From assembly GCA_964016885.1 (NCBI GenBank), contig OZ024746.1:18166001-18230000 (forward strand): a stretch of DNA of 64,000 bases, written 5' to 3'. Of the stretch, positions 42,101 through 54,100 are shown piece by piece. The stretch's first letter is position 1, and every line of letters begins with the position of its first letter. Made by a program: the position numbers and the translations under genes. Below the pieces are notes generated by a model, which saw nothing but the letters and a program-made list of their open reading frames with translations, did no database searches and was not told the origin of the DNA. Source of the stretch: Eledone cirrhosa. Its lineage: Eukaryota.

Positions 42101-45100
42101 AAGGCCATTTCCCTGAGGGGATCTGGGTTCTGTTTTCTCGTCTACTTATAAGGACCTTAGTCTTTGTCATGTTGACTTTGAGGCCCTTTCTCTCTAGTCC
42201 CTGCTTCCAGGTTTGGAATTTATTCTCTAGTTCTACCATAGATTCAGCTATGAGTGCGAGGTCATCAGCATACAGGAGTTCCCATGGGCATCCGGTCTTA
42301 AACTCCTCCGTTATTGCCTGCAGGACTATGATGAACAGGAGAGGGCTAAGAACAGAGCCCTGGTGGACCCCAACCTGTACGCTAAATTCCTCGCTATACT
42401 CATTGCCAATCCTAACTTTGCTGACTGCTCCCCTATACATGGCTTGTACCGCTTTCACAAGCCATTCATCTACTCCTAGTTTTCTAAGAGCCCACCAGAT
42501 TACTGCACGTGGAACTCTGTCAAAGGCTTCTCAAGGTCGACAAATGCCAAGTAGAGTGGCTTACTTTTAGCTAGGTACTTTTCCTGTAATTGCCTCACAA
42601 GGAAGAGCGCATCAGTGGTGCCTTTCCCTGGAACAAACCCAAATTGCATCTCGTCTATATTCACCCGGTCCCTAATCAGCTGTGCTATAACTCTTTCTGT
42701 TACTTTCATGACCTGGTCCATCAACTTTATACCTCTATAGTTTCCTCTATCTAGTGCATCGCCTTTACCTTTGTAGCAGTTGACAATGATGCTACTGCAC
42801 CAATCTTTTGGTATGGCCCCCTCTAGTATTACCTGGTTAACGATACGTGTGGTTATAGTGTGACCTACAGACCCAGATGCCTTCAGCATCTCGGCAGCTA
42901 TACCCGATGGACCGGTTGCCTTCCCTATCTTCATATCTCTGATTGCCTTACTTACTACGCTGCCGCTGACTTGTACTGCTGGTCCCTCTATAGGGTCTAC
43001 GTGGGGTAGGGTCTCTTCTTCCCATGCATTCTCCTCATTTAGTAATCTATCATAATGACTCTTCCATGCATCTTTCTTCTCAGCACTTGTGAGGGCAAGC
43101 TCACCTTTATCATTCCGGATACACTTCTCTCCAATGACATCACAACTATCTCTGACACACTGCCTCGCAATCTTGAATACCTCCTGTTTCTGGTCCTCAC
43201 GTTGTAAAACATGCTTGAATTTTCTATCCTCTGCTTCCCTCCTAGCTAAGTATACTTGTCGCCTAGCTTCCCTCTTGGTCTCTATGTAATGTACCCTGCT
43301 CCCCCCGTTCTTCCATTCTTTCCATGCCTGTCTCTTGGCCTTGACTGCTTCATCTACCTTATTGTTCCACCACCAAGTCACTCTCCTCCTGCTTGAGGTC
43401 TTACTCCAGCCACAAACCTCATCCGTCGCCTCTAGTAAGTTATTTTTTAGGAACTCCCAGTTCTCTTCTACGTTAAATGTCTCTATCTGTTCTTCTTTAC
43501 TGTCGTAGGCGTTGAGTAAAATATCTTTAAATCTGTTACTGGTTGAGGGGACTTTCAGCTTCCAGATCTTTCTTCTCCAGGTTGGCCTCTGTTTCAGGGC
43601 TCGTCTAGTTCTGACCGTGAGGTCGCTGACAACTAAGCTATGTTGGGATGTACATTCCTCACTAGGGAAGGCTTTTGTGTTTACGACCGTCCATCTGTCA
43701 CGTCCTCTGATGAGAATAAAATCTAACTGACTAGAGTGCTCCCCTGATCTATAGGTGATCAGGTGGTTGTCGGGTTTTTTAAAGTTTGTGTTACATATCG
43801 ACATGTCATTGGCGTCGCAGAATTCTAGAAGTCTGAATCCTTCCTCATTCCTTGTGCCAACTCCATGGCCTCCATGTACTCTATTGAAGCCGTCGCAGTG
43901 TTTACCTACGTGTCCGTTAAAATCTCCTGCAATGATTAGGAAGTCCTTGTCGTCTGTTAGAGCAGTAGTGTGTATTAGGGACTCGTAAAACCTATCCTTA
44001 AGTTCGTCTGGCAGCCCCGATTGGGGTGCGTAAGCTGATATTATTGTGGTAATTGTCTTATTCAGGACTAGTCTGAGTTTAATGATTCTTGCATTTACCC
44101 TGTACACTGAGATTACTTTATCTACCCACTTGTCAGCTAATAGTATACCTACACCACCCATCCCATCGTCATTTCCCACCCAGAAAAATTTGTAGCACTG
44201 GCTTTTTCCTACAAGGACTCTAGCAGACCCTCCTCTCCATCTAGTCTCTTGCACACAGCATACATCAACTTCCTTTCGCTCTAGCATTTCTACGATTTCT
44301 CCTGCTCTTCCTTTCATTGAGCCTACATTGATGGTACCAACTCGGAGTTTTGGGCATTTGTCGACACTCGTAGGGGAGGGTCTCTGGGTTGGCGCTTCAC
44401 GTGGGTGCTTGGTAGCTCGCAGATTCATATTTCATATATATATATAATTATTTCTGAAGACAGCATATATATGTGTAAAATGTTTACATAGATCTATATG
44501 ATATACATACCAACACACACATATATATCCTAGAAACGATCGTAAAATGATGAAATTTTTAATATAAGGAACTGTTTCTTTGTTTTTATTCATTGTTTTT
44601 ATTAATTTATATATATATATATATATATATATATGAGGGTCGTCTAAAAAGTTCATAGGCTGACCAATTTACTCTCGTGGAATAACCAAATGAGGTTTAC
44701 TTTTCAACATAGTCCCTGGAAAGAAACAATGCATGCGAGATTTCACAACTCTAGTATCACTCCGTCATAGTTAGCCTATAATAATGGTTTCTGATTTAGG
44801 CACAAGGCCATTAAGTCAACTCCAGTGCATTACTGGTACTTTATTTTGTCGACCCTGTAAGGATGAAAGGCAAAGCTAGTTTTGGCAGGATTTGAACTTA
44901 GAACGTAAAAGGATGTAACTATATGCTGTTAAGCATATTGTTCGATGCTCTACTGATTCTGCTAAAAAAAAAATTAAGATAACAACAGAAGAAATAACTA
45001 ATATACTTTAGAAAATATGGCAATTGATATTTGGTTAAATAAAATATAAAGGGATAACTTATATATGCCTCTTAGAAATAAAGCTTTTTTTATTGGAATT

Positions 45101-48100
45101 AAATATTTTAAAAAAGTGTGACTTTAGAATTTCATTTCTTACATAAACCTTTGGAGATTAAATGAAAATTTGTAAAATTGTTCTGAAACATTTTAGGAAA
45201 ATAGCCAAAAGAATATTGAAGAAGATTTAACTACTGATAAGGAATATAACTCAAGGAATATGTGTGTGTGTGTGGGGTGGGGGGTGGGGGGGATATTTGC
45301 CATCTAAACATAATGTGTTGATTAGTTGCCTCAGCTTATAAATGGGCTTTGGATTTTTGCCTATTTCTCAGACATAAAATCAGAAGGAGGGGGGCGTTTA
45401 TATTCAAGTATATATGTTAATTTTTTTTTGGGGGGGGGGGGGGGGGCAGCTTCAAAATTTTATTGATTTGTTTCTTTTGTAAATAATTTATTAAATTTTC
45501 TTAATTAATTATATAAATAATGAAAAAAAGGGGGAAGGTGTAAATGAGGACAGATCTGGCTGTATAGGAAAGGACTATAAATGCCATAAAGGGAAAGAGC
45601 AAGGACAATTATGTCACAGAAGAAAAAGAGGATAGAGGAGCAGTCTACTGCTTACTGTAGCTTGTTTTATTGAAGTTAGGGGCTAAAATACTTGCTTAAG
45701 GGAATTTTTTTTCTCTGAAGACCTACTATCAAGCTCTGGGAGGTTCTAACTTATCACTTTACTTTTTTTTATAGATGTACGAACTTAACTCTTCGCAAAG
45801 AAATTCGAGATTTCACATGGGAAGAGATGACCAAATTCCAGCAGGCTGTTTCCCAGCTTCGTTTGTCAGGTATTGACAATATTTGGAATAAATACCGTGA
45901 CCTCTATATGGTTCATGGCATGCATTCACATGGTGGAGTTTTCTATCTTCCTTGGCATCGGCAGTTTTTACATCTAGTTGAATTGCAGCTCCAAGACATT
46001 GACTGTGGTGTTACATTACCATATTTTGACTTTACCACCGATGCTGCTAACTTCTCAGAAGCCATTATTTGGCAACCAAATTTTTTTGGAGGAGATGGTT
46101 GGGGTTGGTGTGTTCCAGATCACCCTTTTGGGGACAGGTTCGTATATTTAATGTTGATTTTTCTCACTACCATTAAAATGTTTTGAATGAATTTTATGTA
46201 AAGAATTGTTGAGAATTTTCTATACGTTATGTATGTGTGTGTCATCATCATCATCATCTGTTGTCAGAGACCGGTCAGTACTCAAGCAAACCCTCTGACC
46301 TCCAAGTCGGCTGGGGGCTTGACATACGATCCTGGGCTCTACTTAGCACATTTTATCATAGCACTAACACTAGGAACATTGTCATGTCTTTGACATAGCT
46401 GAAGGGTTTTCCTGAGCCTTTGTTTGGTTATACTTTTCCTATCACCAACCATTTATCATGTAGTTCAACACTAGAATGGTTGTTGGGCCCCTGATACAAC
46501 TAGTCTTTTTTACCCTTTTTGCATGGTTTCTACAGGGAATAATTTTCTTTGAGCTCCTTTGACAAATGAAGTAATCCATTTGAAAATACTCACCATTTTG
46601 CATGTCAAAAATAACATTTCATCTTCAATATTTAGGAGAGAAAAACTACACTGTTCAAATAATGTTTTAAGTTAAAACTTTTTCTGTATTAAGGACTGTG
46701 GCAAGATGAAAAATAACACTTTAGGATTTTATCTGATTAAGGGCAACTAATATTTCTCATTAGACTCTTTTAGATTATTTCATTTTAATTTAAACAAGTA
46801 TTAGAGGGAGGTTGTGATGCTCCTTGTGGTGTGTGACTAATTGGCATTTTTCACTTTGATCGTGTTTTTTGTGAATTATGTTTATAAGGTTCCATGAATT
46901 CTATTTTTATGTGAAACATCATGATTATAATATATTTTTTTTTATTTTGAATTTATATTTTTATGTGTTATATTTATAAGATTTTTAAAAAATTAAACAA
47001 TTTGTTTTTAACAGTAATGCTTGGAAACCATGTTTGAAAAGGAATTTCAGCAGTATTGTACAGGTACCGACAATGCTTGATGTTGCTGCTGCTATCAGCA
47101 AAAAAGATTTTATGGAAATGAGTGAACTTTTGGAAACATTTGCTGCATATATTCATTCGTTTGTTGGTGGTGATATGTCTACAACAACAAGTGCTTATGA
47201 TCCTGTCTTCTACATCATTCACACATACATTGATCGTTTATATACCACCTGGCAAAAAATTGGCCACAACAAGTTTAAATTCCCAGCAGCATATGGAAAT
47301 ATCCCTATGGTCCCATTCAATATTGCACCACTGAATGTCCTTGATCTAGAAAATGACCTTTGTGTGACCTATGTTCCTCTGAGCAAAGGTCGACCATGTA
47401 ACAAGAGTTCACATATGCACGTGTCTGAGTTGAGTGTTGCTGAGAAAAATCCTAATATTCATGTGAAAATCATAAGTAGTTCTGGTTATAATCAGTTTGG
47501 TTATGATCCACAAGGCTTTGATCGAAGAGGCTATAATAAATTTGGCTACAACTATCATGGTAAGTGGTTGTATTTTCATTTCTTTACATCTAATATAAAT
47601 CTTTTAAATTCCAGCTAAAGCACAGATTGTAATAATAATAGATTGGCCCCGTTTTTTTTTAGGTTTCTACATTTTCTTTAAGATACTTCTGTAGAAGACT
47701 TGCGCAGATTAAAAAGAAACGAAGCCTGCATGCTCCGATGGATGTGTAATAGTAATATATGTGAACGACAAAGCATAAACGAATTGAGAGAGAGACTGAG
47801 CATAAGAGGAATCAAATGCTGTGTGCAGGAGAGGAGGTTGCGTTGGTATGGACATGTGATGCATATGAAGGATGACAGGTGCATAAAAAGGTGCAGAGCA
47901 CTAGAAGTCGATGGAAGCTGCGGAGTGGGGAGACACAAGAAGACCTGGGATGAGGGGACAAAAACCGACCTTACCCAATTACACCTCTCAAAGGCGATGA
48001 CAGATGACCGTGATCTCTGGTGTCACGCAGTAATACAGAAGACCCGACTTCCTACAGGAACAAACTGAAGCATATAGACAATACCCCCCCCCCCCTCCCT

Positions 48101-51100
48101 CCCACTGCAAAGTGGTCGTGGAGGTGCCACAGCAATAAAGCACCCAGCCCACACTGTAAAGTGGACGTGTGGGTGCCACGGAAAAAAGGCACCCAGCACT
48201 CACTGTAAATGAGATTGGTGTTAGGAAGGGCATCCAGCTGTAAAAATCATGCCAGAATCAGTTCCTGTATGAGCAAGACAAGGTCAGCCGACTGGACACT
48301 GCCCACAACAGGACAACCCGTCTAACCCATGCTAGCGTGGAAGAACGGACGTAAGACAGTAATGATGATGATGATGCTACATGCTGTTTCTCTTTCATTA
48401 AAATGCAAATTGTATTCATACTTACTTACCTCTAGCATTTCTCAGATGAATTTGTGTTTAAGTACATATAAGTTTGAAGGCTTTGAACACAGTTGTGTAT
48501 GGTAATTTGGAAGTCATTGGCATAAGATGATGTGTATACATTGTAAAGAGGTGAAAAGGGGTTGTGTATGTATAGGTCCTGCATGATAGCATTGTAAAGA
48601 GGTGAAGAGGTGTGCGAGTATTGGTCCTGCATGATTGGTCCATCTAGAAGATTTATTGAATGACAGTATTCATAGTTTTGAGTGTAACTTATAATTATTG
48701 AATAAATAAGTTTATCACAGAAGATATCAACTTTTCATTGTGTGATATCATTTATTTTATTTACGCAGGTGTTAACCGAGAAGGATTTGATACAGAGGGT
48801 TATGATTTAGAAGGATATAACAGGTATGGATTTGATCATGATGGTTATGATAGAAAAGGTTTCAATGTATCTGGCATGGATCGTAATGGCAATTTGGAGA
48901 CTTCTCGCATTTTTACCAAACAAGACTTACAACAAAAACACTGCTTAAACAGGAAAGGTTAGTATTGATTACATAAAGAATTATGGGAAAATATTAGTAT
49001 TTCCTGGATATTTCATGAAAAAAATTACATGATAAAAGCATTCAGTACACACTGTAAAGTGGTTGGTTATAGGAAGGGCATCCAGCTGTAATCTTGCCAA
49101 ACAAAGGGCTGGGAAGACCTTTCTGTTGAGTCAATGACATGCCAACCTCTCCCTGTGCATTCGATGGAATATGAGACTGTACATAATCGAGACACAGATC
49201 CCTGGCCTGTCAGAGATATCAGTGACTCCACTTCAGTACTGACTCGGCCTGTGAAGACCTGTCCAACCCTTGCTAGTAGGGAAAGTGGACATTAAAACAA
49301 TGACAACAACGATGATTAAGAAAATATATGATATATTACACACAAGTCGCAATACATGTAAAATATCATTTCTAGGAATTAGAGAACCAAAGATAAACTT
49401 CACTAGATTTTTATTGTTTTGTTTTCTTTCTTTTCAGGTCTCACTAAAGATGGATATGATCGCTATGGTTACAATATTTTTGGATATGATATAGATAGCT
49501 GTAATTACTCCTTTAACGGACCATTTACAACACTGCTAACACACCGTGTTTGGGAAATTCTTCATACCCAATCCTATGAATTTCTTGTAACTTTGACTAA
49601 AACTTGTCAACCTTTGAAACAACTTCCAGATATTTGGTACAACCAATTTTGGATGAAACTACCTGAAGAATTCGTTGTAGGTAAGTATTTATTTCATCTT
49701 TTGTTTTATTATTTTACTTATTTATTTATTATTATTTGTTTATTTTATTTATTTTTTGCTCATCATCATCATCATCATCATCACCGTTTAACGCCCATTT
49801 TTCCATGCTAGCATGAGTTGTGAATACATATTAAGTTACACATGTAATCAATGGTTCTCAACTGTGTGAATTTCTAGATGCTCCCTTTAGTCCATCATGG
49901 CTTACTAGCTCTATACGGACATTTAGATTAATTGAATAAATTAATAAAGTTGATCTCCAACTTGCACTTGCTTGATAGGTTTGGTGCCGAGTGCTGCATG
50001 GCTGGGATGAGAATCAGTGCTCCGAAAACATTCATCCTCTCATGGAAGCTTGCATAGTGCACTCTACATGTGAATGGAGTTCCACTGAAACAGGTGGCAA
50101 GGTTCAAATATCTCGGGGCTCTTCACGAGTGATGGAATGCAGAAATCTAAATTAAGTGCAAGTCAGAGATCAACTTTATTTATTTATTTATTTAATTAAT
50201 TTAAGTGTCTGTATAGAGCTAGTAATAGCTGGGAGTTTAACCTGTGATGGACTGGCGTCCTGTCCAGGAGAGAGTCTTATACTCTCAGTTGCTTCACATC
50301 AACTGGAAACTGGGATAATCACTGGCCTGATGAGACTGGGCTTGAGACATACTTTAGATATACATATTACTTCATAAACAATATTGCTTTATAATCTGTA
50401 CAATATATGTTTTGAATAAGCAAAGAACACTGGTTTCCTTTTAGTCATTACTACTTTAACAAAGTTTGTTTTTATCAGATTTGATCAAGTCAGATGTCCC
50501 TCTCCAGCAAGAAAATGATGCCTTCTCACAGAGAATTTGCTTTCCAATCGAACCTTATGTATCTCCATGTCCTTGTAATAGAGTTACAACATGTAGAAAT
50601 AACCTTTGTTTGGATGCTGAGTGTCCAAGTTATCCACAAGCCAATTGTTATGTTGATGTTTGTAATGAATGCTCACCAGTTTGGTATTTAAAAGGAAAAG
50701 TTGTTAACTGTGAAACTGTCAGAGGTAAGTTATACAATTTATTCTTGACCATACAACTCTTAAAATAAATTAAGAATAATTTTACAGTTTTACAATTTTA
50801 GATTAGTCATTTTTTAATAAAATATTTGGCCACAACATCATTACTGTTTAACATCCAGTTTCCATACTAGCATCGGTTAGAAGAGTTGTCCCATTTGAAA
50901 CAAGCGAGGTCAGGTGACCATGTCTTGTACATACAGAACTGTTTCTGGCTTGGTTTCTAGGGCTGGATGCCCTTCCTAATGCCAACCAGTGTGTGCTAGG
51001 TGCTTTTTTGTCATGGCACCCAAATGACCACTTTACAGTGTGGGGCCCACTGGTTCTTGAAATATATTTAGAATACTGGGGATAGCTCAGGATCTGTTGG

Positions 51101-54100
51101 ACAGCTGAAAACTAATGATGGCGATGAATTTTATTCTATCATTAGAAAACAATTCAACAATGAAGATTTAAAAAAAAAAAATTTTTTTTTTTTATTTTTT
51201 TTTTTATTTTAGTATACTCTATGACATTAACACTATTTTCCTTGACTGTGGCAGAGAGACTAATGCATTCATAGACACCCTATACAGAGCTTGTAATAGT
51301 GATACAGCAATCTGTGATTCAAAAGTAGTGTATTTTATTCACAGAGTAAAAGTAATTTTGTTATACTATGGATGGGTCATGCTGTCAATAAAAACACATG
51401 ATTTCACTTGAATTTATTATCATTGGTTTCATTCTATGTTATATAACAATCTCAAATTCCAAATATTTTATTGTAAAGTACATTGTGGGAAAGTCCTTCA
51501 ACAGTTATTCTGCTTCAATTTAAGTATCTATTTGTTCATGTTTTTATGTGATCTATTGACCTATCTATGCTTATGTGATGTGCTAAATTCAAAACATTTT
51601 CTCTCGACACATATTTTGCTCAGAATTGAACATGTAATCCCTCTCATTCAATTGGGTATTTATCATACCCACATAAGTGCCACCCCTACATCCATTCTCA
51701 CTACATAATGGAACATATCAGACACCTCTTAAAACACCTGCATGTCTGACAAAACGCACAGTCACATGACTGCAATCTCGTCCCCACCCAACCTCTATTT
51801 ATAGTTATGCTATTTAATATGCCTTTTGTCTACAGTCAATGACTTCTGACTCAGACAGTCATATTGGTGGTCTCTCCTCTCAGGAGAGGCTTAACTTGAC
51901 AGCCAGTTTTACTCATTTCCATTTACCTTTAATAACAATTTGTTTGTTGCAGGTGTTTATATTTTCCTTTCTTATTCCTTATAGATTATTGTCATCCAAA
52001 TCCATGTCAACACGGTGCTACATGTATCCATTCAGTGTGGCCTACAGAACCTTGGTTAGTTTCCTGTAAATGTCCACCAGGTTATGAAGGGAAACATTGC
52101 CAGTACAAATCAAAAGAAATCTGTTACCTTCCTCTAGAAAAAGGTAAGTTATTTTTTTAGGTTTATTTTTCTCCATTGCTCTATTTTCGATACATCTAAA
52201 AAAATTTGAATACTATCAAATATTTTAATTTTTTAAATTTATATTTTCTTGTATCTATTTATGGTTATGTGATTAAAGTGTTCATTTTAGAATTCCTGTT
52301 TCTGATTCAATTTCATTGCAAAGAACCTGAGATCAATATCTTTTACTGTAGTCTCAGAGTACCCAAGCTTTGTGGGTAAAATTGGGTAGCTGAAAATTGT
52401 ACAGAATCCAGTTGGGTGTACATTAGGGTGCCCAAGCATTGTGGGTGAAATTGGGTAGATGTAAATTGTGTTATATCTTGTTGGGTGGACATGACCAAAA
52501 CAGTTGAGGTCAACCAGGGAGAGGTTCCTCCAACAGAAGGGAGAAGGCCCTGGATTGGATTAGATTGGAATAAATAGATATAAAAAATAAACTTGAAATA
52601 TATTTTTATTATTACAGGTTCCTGCTCAAGAAATGTGAGCCGTTGGTACTATGACTTCCAACAGTTAAAGTGTCTTCAATTTGATTATTCTGGTTGTGGT
52701 GGAAATGCCAACTTATTTGATTCCATTGAAGATTGTCAGCAAAAATGTGTTGTTGGTGCTTGTTGTTATAGACAACAACTTAACACAGGAGTTACCATTG
52801 GCTTTGGTTCTGATGGCTTTGATAGGTAAGACTAATTACTTAACTGTTTCATCATCATCAACATCATGTTTGTTACTGAAATTAGAGTAGAATAGACTTA
52901 AGACTCCACAGTTAGTCACTGTCTCAGTTTTAACATATATATGGCTTGCATTCTTTACGATCTGAGTTCAAATCCCGCCGAGGTTGACTTTGCCTTTCAT
53001 CCTTACGGGGTCGATAAAATAAAGTACCAGTAATGCACTGGGTAATTGCTGGCCTTGTGCCTAAAGTAGAAACAATTATTGACTATTCTAAAATAAAGTA
53101 CCAGTAATGCACTGGATAATTGCTGACCTTGTGCCTAAAGTAGAAACAATTGACTATTCTCAGTCAAAAGCTCATTAGGCTGGTACTTATCTCTGGTTTG
53201 CTTGGCCCTAAAGTACAAGACTTCCTGGACAGGACACTAGTTTATCTCAAGATTAACTCCCCAGCTACTCCTGGTACTCATCTCAGCTGACTGTACTGTA
53301 GCAACATGAAATAAACTATTTTGTTCAAGAATACAATGCCGTCTAGGAATCACACTGATGACATCACAATCCTACGTCAAGCACCCTAACTCAGAGAGCA
53401 GAGAGCCCAAACAAATATCGCAAAGCATTCTATGCAATGTTCTAACGACTCTGCCAATTCACCACACTATACAACTATATAACCTCACCTAAAACATTGT
53501 TTTTACACCTATCCAAAAAAATTTTAAATAATAACCTTTCTACAAAAATGTTGACTTTCAGGTATGGGTTTAATGATAAAGGACATAACCAGCTAAGAAA
53601 GATGTTCAATGCAAAAACTGGAATGAAAATGGGTGTCAACAGATTCAAGAAAAGTGGATATGATTGGCAAGGTTTGTGACTTTATTATATATATATGTAA
53701 ACCCAATGAAATTATTTTCTAAGATTTCATTATCATGTTTTTTTGCAATGATGATCCTGAATTTTATTTAAGAAAAGTTTTATATTTATTTCTCACCTTT
53801 ATAAAGATATTTCAAAGTGGTAAGTATATTGTAAGATCATCGGATAATATATTGATATTGTGTATGAGATATTGATCATGAACAATTTTATGATAATTAA
53901 AAGATTAATCAATAATATGGTCGTTTTGGTGCCATGATAAAAAGCACCCAGTCCACTCTGTAAAGTGGTTCTTTTGGTGCCACTATAAAAAGCACGCAGT
54001 CCACTCTGTAAAGTGGTTCTTTTGGTGCCACTATAAAAAGTACCTAGTCCACACTGTCAAGAAGTTGTTTTGGTGCCAAGATAAAAATCGACCCCAGTAC

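Noticed and set aside
41440-43988. Plus-strand ORFs of 66-214 aa
   Set aside because: Antisense shadows of the RTE ORF.
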